A stretch of 64,000 nt of DNA from positions 118,515 through 182,514 of the forward strand of contig JBGUGD010000023.1 in assembly GCA_041697335.1 (NCBI GenBank), given 5' to 3'. Below are positions 50,712-61,514 of this stretch, piece by piece. The translations under genes and the position numbers were made by a program. The DNA is from Vampirovibrionaceae bacterium NZW_1234 (GTDB lineage: Bacteria; Cyanobacteriota; Vampirovibrionia; Vampirovibrionales; JAGQHJ01). Within the stretch, counting starts at the first letter, position 1. Each line of letters opens with the position of its first letter. A model generated the notes under the pieces. It saw nothing but the letters and a program-made list of their open reading frames with translations. It had not been told where the DNA came from and did no database searches.

Positions 50712-52103
50712 ATGACCGGTTTATCGTCCTTATCGTCATCGATATTCCCCAGCTTTGGGATTTCGAATGGTGCACTTGGCCTTGGCCAAAATGTGACCGG
50801 TTCATTTGGTGATCCTGTTGCTGGATTATTTACCTTTGGCAATTTTAATTCACAACCCTCGGTGGATGTGTTCTCCCTGGCTTTTGGGACCAATTCACCC
50901 AGCTCAAGCAGCAATCTGTTTTCCCAAGTCTTTAATTCGTCCGGAGGAGCGTCGACAGCAAACTCCGGTATCGATATTACTAAAATTTTGATGACCTTGA
51001 TCGATCGTCTTGACAGCTCGTCCACCCCAGCGGCGAAACCGGCAGCATCTGCATCTCAGCCTGCGGCTGCCGAAACCAAGCCGAAGGCCCCGGACGCAAA
51101 ACCGGCTGACTCTGCATTGTCCAAGCCGCAGGAGTTTACCATCCGCAAGAAAACGGTGACGCAATTGCCCGAGTCCTCTATCGCCAAGAGCGAGCCCAAG
51201 ACCGTCCAAAATTATGCAGCCGGCAAAGATGCCGACATGAAAAAGACATTGGATAATCTGGCCAAGCCTTATAAACAAATGGGATTAAATGATGAAAAGG
51301 CGCAAAATGCTGCCAGAACACTTTTTATCGAAAACCGTGCCCGTGAGATTGCCACCGGAAAACCCATCCGCAATACGGACGCCGATATTAAAGCCAATTC
51401 CGAGCTGACGTTGGATGTGAAAAAACCCGGTGATATGTTTGCCATTGTTTCGGCCTCCTATCTGAGTGCCGGTGGCAAGTTCAACCTGGAAAAACTGAAA
51501 AACCTGCTCAACAACAGCGGCAACCAGCGCCTCGTCAAAGAGGGCGTGGGAACGGATGAAACCGCCACCTTGGCTGCCGTACAACAGGCCATCGAAGATG
51601 AAACCTTGAAGCTGACGCAGGTCTACAGTGGCCCCAATGACAAGACCTATCTCCAAGGCGATGATGCCGCCGATCTGTTTGACAAGTCCATCAAGTATGT
51701 CAACGATCGTCACTTTGGGAATGATGTTCACAAGCTGCAAAAAGGCACCAAGGACAATGACTTGACCTTGTTGGCCTCAATCAGTGAAGGTCCTAAGGAC
51801 ACCAGCTTCCCGCCCGTTCGGCCTATCGAGATTACCATTGAAGAGCGGGTCCCTGTGGCTCCTCCCAAGCCGGTCGATCCGCCTCCGCCGCCCCCAGCTC
51901 CCGAGCCGGAGGAGGAAGAGGAAGATGATCTGCTGAGCATGATTTTACCCTTCCTTTTGATGAGCCAGTTCTTTGGCGGTGGTCAGACCGGCAGTGCCGA
52001 TCTCTTCGGAGGTGGTGGCGCTGGTATGGCTGGACTCGCTGGACTATTTGGCCAGCAACAGCAGGATGACCCCTTAGCCAGCCTGATGTCGCTACTCGGA
52101 TAA
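50712..52103 (+). CDS. Hypothetical S/G/P-rich protein
   Basis: AAGGAG SD; Cys-free; poly-Pro/poly-Glu segment and Leu/Met amphipathic helices. Confidence 0.75.
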   Translation: MTGLSSLSSSIFPSFGISNGALGLGQNVTGSFGDPVAGLFTFGNFNSQPSVDVFSLAFGTNSPSSSSNLFSQVFNSSGGASTANSGIDITKILMTLIDRLDSSSTPAAKPAASASQPAAAETKPKAPDAKPADSALSKPQEFTIRKKTVTQLPESSIAKSEPKTVQNYAAGKDADMKKTLDNLAKPYKQMGLNDEKAQNAARTLFIENRAREIATGKPIRNTDADIKANSELTLDVKKPGDMFAIVSASYLSAGGKFNLEKLKNLLNNSGNQRLVKEGVGTDETATLAAVQQAIEDETLKLTQVYSGPNDKTYLQGDDAADLFDKSIKYVNDRHFGNDVHKLQKGTKDNDLTLLASISEGPKDTSFPPVRPIEITIEERVPVAPPKPVDPPPPPPAPEPEEEEEDDLLSMILPFLLMSQFFGGGQTGSADLFGGGGAGMAGLAGLFGQQQQDDPLASLMSLLG

Positions 52104-52139
52104 AACGATTTTCAATAGCATTCGTGTGTTGTTAGTGAG

Positions 52140-52170
52140 ACACCTCTGCCGTGGTTGCAGAGGTGTTTTT
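52140..52170 (+). terminator. Intrinsic terminator
   Basis: ACACCTCTGC/GCAGAGGTGT stem followed by a T-run. Confidence 0.8.
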
Positions 52171-52171
52171 G

Positions 52172-52981
52172 TTACCGCCGAAAGACAAACAGGTGATCGC
52201 CCAGGGTATTGAGCTTGGTCTGGAATTCAACGGCGAACCCGGCATCAATCCATAAATCCATCATCTGGCCGGTGGTAATGGGGTATTCATCCAGACGCTG
52301 TGCTGTTGTTTGGCCCAGGGTCCGTTCGATGTCCGCCGTGTAGCTGGCCGCAATGTCGGCTTGCTCCTGGGCCTGCTCAGAGCTGAGACCCTGATTCAGC
52401 AGCTCGAGATAGCGATTGAGAAAGACGGAGCGGTAGGCTTCCTGGGCAATGGCGTTCCATTGCTGAAGGGTTGCCTCGGCATAGCCGGGATCGTCCGATG
52501 GCACGGGCACCACTTCGTCCATGATCACCACCCGGAGTGAATCGGTATTCAGGGCGGCGACTTCCTGGGCGAAGGCATACTTGTTGGCGATGGGATCCGG
52601 GATGTGGTGGAAGCTGTATAACGAGCACAACACCTGCGGATAGTTTCCCTGCCAGGGAAGGTAGGCGGCAAGGTCCGTCATATTGGCCGAGAGAAACCGG
52701 GTGTTTGTGACGCCGAGGTCTTGGCTAAGGCGTTGGGCTTCCTGAATCATTTCCTCACGGAAATCGACTCCGAGGACCTGGGCTCCGGGGTAGCGTCGGG
52801 CAATGGCTCGGGTGGTGTCCCCGATGGCACAACCCAGTTCGATGATTAAATCCCCTGGTTTTGCCTGAATCAGCTCTACCAGCGCCTGCTGTCCTGCACG
52901 GTAGTAAGAGGTATAGGCATGAAAATCCGTGAATGCCTGAGCATCCAGGTAAAAACTGAAATTGCCGGGGTTCATCTCCAT
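52172..52981 (-). CDS. Class I SAM-dependent methyltransferase
   Basis: IIELGCAIG, VLGVDF...M, SLYSFHHIPD. Confidence 0.85.
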   Translation of the reverse strand: MEMNPGNFSFYLDAQAFTDFHAYTSYYRAGQQALVELIQAKPGDLIIELGCAIGDTTRAIARRYPGAQVLGVDFREEMIQEAQRLSQDLGVTNTRFLSANMTDLAAYLPWQGNYPQVLCSLYSFHHIPDPIANKYAFAQEVAALNTDSLRVVIMDEVVPVPSDDPGYAEATLQQWNAIAQEAYRSVFLNRYLELLNQGLSSEQAQEQADIAASYTADIERTLGQTTAQRLDEYPITTGQMMDLWIDAGFAVEFQTKLNTLGDHLFVFRR

Positions 52982-53334
52982 CGGTTTGCCCTCCGTGTCT
53001 TGTCAGCATCCCGGTATCCTAACATAAGTCTTTAAGGATTGGGCGTTGAATTTTGACTCCCGAAAATCTGGGCGGTACCGGTAGCGGCAATTCCATTAAA
53101 TAGGGGGTCAACTTCTTTGCTGGCATCGCTATGATGGGCTGTGTATGGAGGAGCGACTTTTCAGGTTGCCTTCTGTCGTTCATTTGATTGTCATCGCTGG
53201 TATGTTCTGGAGGCTTTTGTTTTTGCCTTACTTAACTTGGATAAAGCTTCCAGGAGTTCGATTTTCGGAATTATTCAAGATATTGTTTCTCATTCCGATA
53301 CATGAGAACCGAGATTTCATTTGAGGAGTTCTAG

Positions 53335-54273
53335 TTGGTGAATCGTAAGCAAGCCCCATTTGGAAACACATCGTCTTACTCCCAGGACCCGTCCACCAAG
53401 CTAATCGAATTTCCACTGAAGTGGCCCAAGATTAGTGTGATTGTGCCCTCGTTCAATCAAGGGCAGTTTCTGGAGAGAACCCTTCGCAGCATTGTTCAAC
53501 AGCAGTATCCGAACCTGGAACTGATTGTTATTGATGGCGGATCGACGGACAACAGTGTCGAGATTATTCGCAAGTACGAAAACTTTATTGATTATTGGGT
53601 CAGTGAAGTCGATGGCAGCCAGACCCAGGGCCTGATTAAAGGGTTTAACCAGGCTACCGGAGATATTCTGTGCTGGCTAAACAGTGATGACCTCTATGAG
53701 AAGGACACCTTGTTCGAGGTGGGCAGCTATTTTCGCAGCCATCCCGATGCCGATGCCCTTTATGGCGGTACAACCTACATTGATGAAAATGATCGGGTCA
53801 TGTTTGTTCGCAAGGAGTTCTCCTTTAACGATTACATGTTGTTTTACAGCGGGAATTTCATCCCCAGCCCGTCGATGTTCTGGCGGCGCAACATCTATGA
53901 TCACGTGGGCGGTTTGGATACGGACTTTGATCTGGCCATGGACGCCGACCTGTGGATTCGGTTTCACAAGGCCGGTGGCAAGATAGGCTATATCCCCAAG
54001 CTCGTCTCACGGACCCGGTTTTATCCGGCGTGCAAGACGGCCCGTATGCGGCGTCAGACCAAGACCGAGTTTCACAGCATCTTTCGTCGCTACAATCATC
54101 ATATCTCCACCTTGCCGTTTCTCTGCAATACGGTGTATGCCAAGATGCTCCGCTTGATGCGGCTGATTCTGGCCAACCCGAATCCGGTTCATTGCTTTAA
54201 TCTCATGATGTTTATCCTGAAAGACACCATGCTGTTTTCAAAACTGTTTCTGGGTCGGTTTGTCCGCTCATAG
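53335..54273 (+). CDS. Family 2 glycosyltransferase
   Basis: ISVIVPSFNQ, IDGGSTD, WLNSDD, MDADLW; start uncertain. Confidence 0.93.
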   Translation: MVNRKQAPFGNTSSYSQDPSTKLIEFPLKWPKISVIVPSFNQGQFLERTLRSIVQQQYPNLELIVIDGGSTDNSVEIIRKYENFIDYWVSEVDGSQTQGLIKGFNQATGDILCWLNSDDLYEKDTLFEVGSYFRSHPDADALYGGTTYIDENDRVMFVRKEFSFNDYMLFYSGNFIPSPSMFWRRNIYDHVGGLDTDFDLAMDADLWIRFHKAGGKIGYIPKLVSRTRFYPACKTARMRRQTKTEFHSIFRRYNHHISTLPFLCNTVYAKMLRLMRLILANPNPVHCFNLMMFILKDTMLFSKLFLGRFVRS

Positions 54274-54723
54274 GACGTATACCCGGTATAGATACCCAAA
54301 AGGGTTTCTGGTAGAGAGCTCCAGAAACCCTTTAATTGCCTATGCCACCTTGTGTTTGCCACACCCAGAAATAAACCTTTATCTCGCCATAATCCTCTTG
54401 AATGCTGTTTTCTCTGTTTTCTCGAATCCGTTATTAATATAAAAACAGTCATTTAGATCATGATGACACTCCGGTGGGAAGTTTAATGATCCTTTTAGAA
54501 TTTCCTTGGGGGTATTTTTTTGTGAGCACCTAAGCCCGTTAATAGTAAGCGTTTTTAATTAAGAGCATTGTTATACGGTGTTCCTACCTGGCTGTTCATC
54601 ATTAAAGAAACACGCAATAAGCAACCAAAGCGTTATTTAAGTCTAGTCATCTGGTGGATTAGAAAGCCACCCAGATACTTTATATATAGAGACGCTGACG
54701 AATTAAGTGGGAAGGAATGGAAA

Positions 54724-55362
54724 ATGAGAGGCTTGCTTCTATTAGCCGCCGGCATACTAGGGGTGGCGCTGTATCGGAATTCGATTCGAATACCGGAGAG
54801 AAATCCTAAGAATATGCTGATAAAGCGTGGCGACTCTCCGATAAGTCCTAATGATATCAGCAACTTCAGGCTAATAAGTCCTGCTTTTGAACCCGGGCAA
54901 GTCATCCCGGCACGTTACTCTGGGGAAGCCGATGATAAAAGCCCTCCACTCCGAATTGAAGGTGTCCCGGTAGGTACCCAGTCTTTTGCCATCATTATGG
55001 AAGACATTGATCACCCCCTCCCCCCGGTATTTGACCATTGGATCGTCTGGAACATTCCGGCGGAGACCCGTGAAATTCCGGAAGGACGACTCCCTCGAGG
55101 CTCGGTTCAAGGCCGGAATTCCCTGAAAAACAACTGGTATAACGGGCCCTGTCCTCCCAACGGGACACACCATTACCATTTTAACTTGTTTGCCTTGGAT
55201 ACCATGATTGATCTGCCTGTAGGCTCCCCGAAGCCATTATTAAAAGCAGCCATGAAAGGGCATATTTTGGCGCAATGCGATCTGATTGGCCTTTATTCGG
55301 CCAACCGAACCACCCGAGGCAATCTGATGTCCAACGCTTTAGAGGCAGCCAGTAAAGCCTGA
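54724..55362 (+). CDS. YbhB/YbcL (PEBP/Raf kinase inhibitor-like) protein
   Basis: SPPL, MEDID.P, FDHWIVWNIP, YNGPCPP, HHYHF.LFALD. Confidence 0.92.
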   Translation: MRGLLLLAAGILGVALYRNSIRIPERNPKNMLIKRGDSPISPNDISNFRLISPAFEPGQVIPARYSGEADDKSPPLRIEGVPVGTQSFAIIMEDIDHPLPPVFDHWIVWNIPAETREIPEGRLPRGSVQGRNSLKNNWYNGPCPPNGTHHYHFNLFALDTMIDLPVGSPKPLLKAAMKGHILAQCDLIGLYSANRTTRGNLMSNALEAASKA

Positions 55363-55461
55363 TTGAATATCAGCGTATTGAAAGGATACAAGGCGGCGAA
55401 ATGATGTCTGATTAGGGGCTGCCTCCTCAATGGATTGATACAAGGTAAGGAGGAATGGATT

Positions 55462-56694
55462 ATGGCGGCAAACAGAGCACTTGTTTACAAAGCTCCATGT
55501 CAAATGGCGGTGGAAGATATTGGATACCCCAAGATGATTGCCAAAGGGAGACCCATAGGCCATGGGGTTATTCTTAAAATTCTGGTAACCAATATTTGTG
55601 GCAGCGACCTTCACATGTACCGTGGTCGTACGGATATGCAACCCAATACGCCATTTGGGCATGAAATTACCGGGATGGTGATTGAAAAGGGGGCTGATGT
55701 GGAAATGCTCGATATCGGCGACATCGTATCTGCTCCCTTTAACGTCGCTTGCGGACGCTGCAGGAATTGTAAAGAGCAAAATACCAATATCTGTTTAACT
55801 GTAAATGACATGAAACCTGGTGGTGCTTATGGCTATGCAGAAATGGGCCCATGGCAAGGGGGACAAGCCGAATATGTAATGGTCCCATATGCAGATTTTA
55901 ATCTGCTCAAATTTCCGGATCGGGAGCAGGCCATGGAAAAAATCCTGGATCTATCCATGGTTAGCGATATCTTTCCGACCGGTTTTCACGGTGCTGTCAC
56001 AGCAGGAGTCGGTCCGGGCAAAACGGTTTATATTGCCGGGTGCGGCCCAGTTGGTTTGTGTGCCGCAGTATCCAGCTATCTGCTTGGTGCTTCTTGCGTC
56101 ATCATTGGGGATTACAACCAGGCTAGGCTGGATCATGCCCGGGAAGCACTTGGCTGTGAAGTTATCAATATTGCCGAGCATGAATTTATCCGGGATCAGA
56201 TTGCTGAGATTCTGGGGGTTCCCGAAGTGGACTGTGCCATTGATGCCATCGGCTATGAAGCTCATGGTCACGGCCGCAACTTTAAGCCCGATGTCAGTTC
56301 GGATGCCTTAGATACGATTATTGATGTCACCCGTTATGGCGGGCAATTGAGCATCCCGGGCGTATATTTGCCAATGGATCCCCATGGGCAAACCTTGCAT
56401 GACAAAGCCGGCAGACCGGCTTTTAAATGGGGCCGCGCCTGGGATAAAGGGCTCTCCTTCTTTACGGGGCAAGTACCTGTGGCTCGGTATAACAGATACT
56501 TGATGAATAGCATTTTGTTTGATCGAGTCCGGCTCACCCGGGTGTTGAACACAACGGTAATTTCCTTGGATGACGGACCCAGAGCCTATGAGCAGTTTGA
56601 AGACGGGGCGCCACAGAAGTTTGTGATCGACCCACACCAAGTGCTTGCCCGTCCGGAATCCGTCCTCGAACTGGTCTCATCCGGCAAAGTATAA
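55462..56694 (+). CDS. fdhA: Glutathione-independent formaldehyde dehydrogenase-like Zn alcohol dehydrogenase
   Basis: TNICGSDLH, GHEITG, CGRCRNC...C, GGQAEY, SDIFPTGFHG, GCGPVG, IPGVY; AAGGAGG SD. Confidence 0.88.
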   Translation: MAANRALVYKAPCQMAVEDIGYPKMIAKGRPIGHGVILKILVTNICGSDLHMYRGRTDMQPNTPFGHEITGMVIEKGADVEMLDIGDIVSAPFNVACGRCRNCKEQNTNICLTVNDMKPGGAYGYAEMGPWQGGQAEYVMVPYADFNLLKFPDREQAMEKILDLSMVSDIFPTGFHGAVTAGVGPGKTVYIAGCGPVGLCAAVSSYLLGASCVIIGDYNQARLDHAREALGCEVINIAEHEFIRDQIAEILGVPEVDCAIDAIGYEAHGHGRNFKPDVSSDALDTIIDVTRYGGQLSIPGVYLPMDPHGQTLHDKAGRPAFKWGRAWDKGLSFFTGQVPVARYNRYLMNSILFDRVRLTRVLNTTVISLDDGPRAYEQFEDGAPQKFVIDPHQVLARPESVLELVSSGKV

Positions 56695-56709
56695 AGGAGG
56701 AATGACCCT

Positions 56710-57066
56710 ATGGCGATACAACCTCAACCCAATATGGGAATAACAGATCGTATGGTACGTGGCACCTTGGGCTCAGCCCTCTTGCTTAACGGCTTGCGAC
56801 ATATCGGGGACTCTCGGGTTCGGCAAATGGAAGCGCTTATTGGAGGTGCATTTCTGGCTTATGGTGTTACGGGGTTTGACCCGCTACTGGCAGCTCTGAG
56901 GGTGAATACCATTGCCGGGACAGAAACCAATGTCTTTAATATGATTCGTCACTCAATGCCTGGACAAGGCATCCGGCCCATACTAACCCAATATGTCTCA
57001 CCTAAAAAACCACTTCGGCCATTTGATGAATCCATCCCGCTTGCCCAAGCACTGTCTATCGGTTAA
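56710..57066 (+). CDS. DUF2892/YgaP-like membrane protein
   Basis: NMG.TDR.VR..LG and TGFDP motifs; AAGGAGG SD. Confidence 0.7.
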   Translation: MAIQPQPNMGITDRMVRGTLGSALLLNGLRHIGDSRVRQMEALIGGAFLAYGVTGFDPLLAALRVNTIAGTETNVFNMIRHSMPGQGIRPILTQYVSPKKPLRPFDESIPLAQALSIG

Positions 57067-57607
57067 ATTATCTCAAAGCCTTGGCCAGACTATCTTTATT
57101 GGGGCCAAGGCTTGATTATTCCAATCTTCTGAAGTTTCATCCGCTATAAGATTTGGAGGAGAATCTTATCAACACGGGTGCTGCCCATGAGCAGAGAATC
57201 TATAATCGTTATGGGCATGTATCGGTCTCCGGTTTTCAGGACGACACCGATTTACCTTAGGATAGGGACGATTGGAACTGCACGGGGATTCTCTCTTCGA
57301 TTTATTTATCCTTGCAAATTGAAACGTCTACTTTCAATTTGCAAGGATGACACCCAGACTTGCTATTCATTCTTGTGAACATCCCGAATTCCGCATGGGA
57401 TGTTGATCCGTATGTCATATTTCATCATCCCCAAGGGATTCATTTATGAAAATATGCTTTATATCCTGATATAGAAAGGGTTTTAAGGATACGAATACAA
57501 ATTGCACTTCGGCCGCGACGATTTATGGGCCGGGGCTGGGAGATACTCATAAAACTCCACTGTTTGTTTGGCGTGGTCAGTAACCGAACCTCGGTATACT
57601 GGGGGAA

Positions 57608-59776
57608 ATGGACCCAAGACAACCGCCCGCAAAAACGAGTAGACCGATGCCCCAGAGTTCCAATCTGGATACCCCGGAATTGCGCACCCGATGTATTCGG
57701 GCCGTGCTGATCCTGGGCGGTCTGGTCTCGTTGGTGGGTTTTTTGGGAATTGTCGGCTATGCGTTCGGGCTCCGGGCATTATTGACCTTTGGCATGCCCA
57801 GTGGGACCCCGATGCTGTTGCCAGGGGCCTTGGGGATGTTGTTCCTGGGATTTGCCCTTCAGGCGGTACTGGCCGGCTCGATGCTGGATGAAAAACCCCG
57901 TTGGCTGGCACCGGTACAGCATGGGGCCTTGCTGGTTACCTCCATGATGGGGGTGTTTGTTTTCGTGCTCTATCTGGATCGGGCTGATTACAACCTGATG
58001 GCCATTCTGACCCAGGATGTGGCGACGATTATTCCGGCTTTTTTGGAAAATCTGATTCTGCTGATGGCTTCGGCAGCCCTGTTTGCGTTTATGCTGTTTC
58101 GCCACAAGGAAGTCGTGGTGGTGTATGTGGTCAACGTGCTGGCCTTGCTGATTCTGTCGTTGGACTGCTTTATTTTTGTCGGGTTTCGGATGAATATTCC
58201 GGTTCTGTTCAGCTTCAAGTTGTCGCTGCCCATTGCCATGGCGTATTTCCTGACGGCCATTGCCATCCTGGTAGGAACGATCCCGTTTCGTGGGATTCTG
58301 GCACCCCTGGTTAGCGATTCCCGAATGTCCCGACTGATCCTATGGTCGGGGCTGATTACAGGGCTGAGCGTGCTGCTTGTTGGGGCCTACGATATCTCGC
58401 AGTTTGAACGCTATATCAGCCACATGACCCTGACCGGCACCCATCCGGATCCGTCGTTTATGTATCTGCGCTCCGAGTTGGTGACCATTATACTGGCTCT
58501 GGTCATTACGGTGCTGTCCTTGCGAACGATTCATTATTTCAACCGCTCGGCCTTCTTTGCCCGAGAGCAAGCCCTGGCGAAAGAAGAGGCGGAAACCGTG
58601 CGGGAGAATTACCGTATCCTGGTGGAGGGCGTTACCGATTACGCGATTTTCATGGTGGATCCCATGGGCCATGTGGTGACCTGGAATACCGGGGCGGAGC
58701 GAATTATCGGCTATGCCTCGGACGAGATTCTGGGGCGGCATTTTTCGTGTTTCTATGTGCAGGATGACTTGAACCAGGGGCGCCCGGACTATGAAATTCG
58801 GATGGCCATTGAAAACGGACGCTTCGAGCAGGAAAACTGGTGTAAGCGCCATGATGGGTCCGTCTTCTGGGCCAATATCGTCATTACCGCCCACGTTGAT
58901 GAGTCAGGCCAATTGATCGGCCTGTCGCGGATTACCCGGGATATTACCGAACGAAAGCGCGCAGCGGAACTCTTGCAGCGTTCTTACGACGAGCTGGAGC
59001 ATCGGGTGGCCGAACGTACCGAGGAATTATCTCGGGCCAATGCCCAGTTGCAGGAAACCGAACGGTTGCGATGGACCTTTATCTCCACCTTGACCCACGA
59101 TTTGCGGACGCCGTTGATCGCCCAGAAACGGGTGTTGGAGGTGTTGCTTCGGAAAATGGCCCACGACCCTGAATCGGCGGAGCTGGTGGGAGGATTTCTG
59201 AAGAATAATGACCACCTGGTGAAGATGGTCAATATGCTGCTTGAAACCTATCAATACGAAGACGGGTGTATTCAGCTGAACATCGAGCCGTTTCGATTGC
59301 ATCAACTGGTGTCGGATTGTTTTGACGAGGTTCATAGCCTGGCCCTGGTTCAGGAAATTCGACTTCGAAATGCGGTACCGGCGTCGGATTCTGAAATTTT
59401 AGGAGATTTCTATCAGCTGAAGCGGGTGTTTTTAAACCTGTTGGGCAATGCCATCGAGAACATTCCTCCGGGAAGCGTTATTGAGGTCAGCGTGGTGAAT
59501 CTTGACGCGGATCGCATCCGAATTTGCGTCAGCGATACCGGCCAGGGGATTAGTCCCGACATGCTGCCCCACTTGTTTGATCGCTACTTTACGGGGCACT
59601 CCACGCGGCAAAAAATCGGATCGGGATTGGGGCTCTTTATCTGCAAGATGATCGTCGACCTGCATGGGGGTATAATAGAAGCCAAAAGTGAACTAGGGCA
59701 AGGAACCACATTTGAAATCACACTTCCGCGCCGGGGGCCGGAAGCGCCTGTTGAAAGGACGATTGAGGCTGTATGA
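57608..59776 (+). CDS. Membrane PAS sensor histidine kinase
   Basis: Multi-TM N-terminus similar to 4373..7240, one PAS/PAC, LTHDLRTPL, NLLGNA, DTGQGI, GSGLGL. Confidence 0.95.
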   Translation: MDPRQPPAKTSRPMPQSSNLDTPELRTRCIRAVLILGGLVSLVGFLGIVGYAFGLRALLTFGMPSGTPMLLPGALGMLFLGFALQAVLAGSMLDEKPRWLAPVQHGALLVTSMMGVFVFVLYLDRADYNLMAILTQDVATIIPAFLENLILLMASAALFAFMLFRHKEVVVVYVVNVLALLILSLDCFIFVGFRMNIPVLFSFKLSLPIAMAYFLTAIAILVGTIPFRGILAPLVSDSRMSRLILWSGLITGLSVLLVGAYDISQFERYISHMTLTGTHPDPSFMYLRSELVTIILALVITVLSLRTIHYFNRSAFFAREQALAKEEAETVRENYRILVEGVTDYAIFMVDPMGHVVTWNTGAERIIGYASDEILGRHFSCFYVQDDLNQGRPDYEIRMAIENGRFEQENWCKRHDGSVFWANIVITAHVDESGQLIGLSRITRDITERKRAAELLQRSYDELEHRVAERTEELSRANAQLQETERLRWTFISTLTHDLRTPLIAQKRVLEVLLRKMAHDPESAELVGGFLKNNDHLVKMVNMLLETYQYEDGCIQLNIEPFRLHQLVSDCFDEVHSLALVQEIRLRNAVPASDSEILGDFYQLKRVFLNLLGNAIENIPPGSVIEVSVVNLDADRIRICVSDTGQGISPDMLPHLFDRYFTGHSTRQKIGSGLGLFICKMIVDLHGGIIEAKSELGQGTTFEITLPRRGPEAPVERTIEAV

Positions 59777-60462
59777 CTGTTTTGAATCTGTTGATCGCGG
59801 ATGATCACGAGTTTACACGTATCGGTTTAAAGTATGCCCTGCAGGAAAACCCCCGATTTCATATTCTGGACTCGGTGGATAACGGGGAGAAAGCCGTTGC
59901 TACAGCAGCGGCGTTAAACCCGGATGTCATTCTCATGGACATCAGTATGCCCTTGATGGATGGGATCACCGCGACCCAGAAGATCAAGGCGGCGAACCCC
60001 GACATTAAAATCGTGATGTTGACCTCCCGGCAAGTTGGCGAAGAGATCTTTGCCTCTCTGGCGGCTAAGGCTGATGCCTATTGTCTGAAGGACATCAACA
60101 CCGATCGGCTGATGCAGGTTATCGACATGGTGGCCGAAGGTGGGATTTGGCTGGATCCGCCTATTGCGGCCATTGTGATGGGAAACCTGGCGGGCGAAAC
60201 GCCAGGGCGATCCATGTTCGGCGCGGAGTCCAAACCGGCTAAGACAGCGGTGAACCGACAGGCTTACAATACGGAACTGACCGATCGTGAAATGGACGTA
60301 CTGGCGCTGATTGTGGCCGGGAAAAGCAATAAGGAAATCGCCGACGAATTGACCATCACCATCAATACGGTGAAGGTTCACGTGGGTAATATTATCCAGA
60401 AGCTCGCTGTCGATGATCGCACCCAGGTTGCCGTGAAGGCATTGCAGGAAGGGCTTGTCTAG
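59773..60462 (+). CDS. NarL/LuxR-family response regulator
   Basis: IADDH, LMDISMP.MDG, LTDRE...GKSNKEIA, TVKVHV; ATGA overlap with the kinase. Confidence 0.95.
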   Translation: MTVLNLLIADDHEFTRIGLKYALQENPRFHILDSVDNGEKAVATAAALNPDVILMDISMPLMDGITATQKIKAANPDIKIVMLTSRQVGEEIFASLAAKADAYCLKDINTDRLMQVIDMVAEGGIWLDPPIAAIVMGNLAGETPGRSMFGAESKPAKTAVNRQAYNTELTDREMDVLALIVAGKSNKEIADELTITINTVKVHVGNIIQKLAVDDRTQVAVKALQEGLV

Positions 60463-60698
60463 GGGTTCTTCGGCATCGTCGTTACCGACAGGGTGTGCCT
60501 TGGGATTGTTGCGAAGTGTGACAGTTCTCATCTCACTCCATCAACTTTGGGACTAAGTCGTCGAAACTACTCTTAGTTAAACCCTCACTTTTAACCCCAC
60601 TTGAATAGAGAAGCTGATGAAGCGAGAGGGGATCTTTCCTCGGGGAGGCCTATCACCTAGTCGAGATCCCGTAAATAGATTGAATTTGAGCGAAAATG

Positions 60699-60724
60699 AC
60701 CAACCCGCGCCGGGTTGGTTTTTT
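60699..60724 (+). terminator. Intrinsic terminator
   Basis: ACCAACCCG/CGGGTTGGT stem followed by a T-run. Confidence 0.75.
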
Positions 60725-61037
60725 ATTTTTTCTCTCGGTCTTTTTTGATGCTCTCAGGCGAATCCTCTTGGCTAGGCCCTGGGTTTAAGTCCGTATTTTA
60801 TGGGTACGGGTTTGTACGGATAATTATATTTATAATATATGTTGTTTAGGTTCCTAAAGATGAGGTTTTCATAGCGCTTTCTTCCCAAAGGACGCTGAGC
60901 ATACGGACCCAAGTGGCCGCCACTGAATTGTTACATTGATTAATAACAATTATATCCTTTGGATTGTTTTTATTCGGGTATGGGTCGACTCGTTTTTTGA
61001 GTGTTTGTGGGTCGAAGAAATTTTGGAGTGACATCGC

Positions 61038-61505
61038 ATGATGAGAGCATTACCACAGTACGGGCCAATGGCTGGGGGGCCGATGGGAGCCTATGGATCA
61101 GGGATGTACGGCATGGGCCCGCTGGATTGCTTTCCGGCAGAGCCAATGCCGATGCCGCACTGCGGTACACCGTATTCGCCTTATCCTGGGGATATGGTCG
61201 ATTGTTTCACCTGTTGTGATTTTGGCTACCCGGGGGCCATGTATGGTGATATGCCCTATGGGCATCCAGGTCCCGGATACGGCTCGCCCTATGGGCATCC
61301 CGGCATGATGCGAGGGAATATGGATCCGTATCAGGCCATTGCCGGTTATCCTCCGATGGGCTCTATGGCTGGCATGCCCCGCATGATGAACCTTTCACCC
61401 TATGGCGATCGCTCCGGTGATCCGACCAGCTGGAATTTTCGAAATGATTTAGGCAACCCGGCATCCGGCATTTTTGCCAATCCGGAGATGATGGGTTTGG
61501 TTTAA
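61038..61505 (+). CDS. Low-complexity G/M/P/Y-rich hypothetical protein
   Basis: GGAG before ATG; repeated PYG/YPG/GHPG motifs. Confidence 0.6.
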   Translation: MMRALPQYGPMAGGPMGAYGSGMYGMGPLDCFPAEPMPMPHCGTPYSPYPGDMVDCFTCCDFGYPGAMYGDMPYGHPGPGYGSPYGHPGMMRGNMDPYQAIAGYPPMGSMAGMPRMMNLSPYGDRSGDPTSWNFRNDLGNPASGIFANPEMMGLV

Positions 61506-61514
61506 AGGCAGCGC

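Noticed and set aside
60558..60630. Hammerhead ribozyme (GAAAC ... CTGATGA)
   Set aside because: Stems I and II cannot pair around the core motifs.
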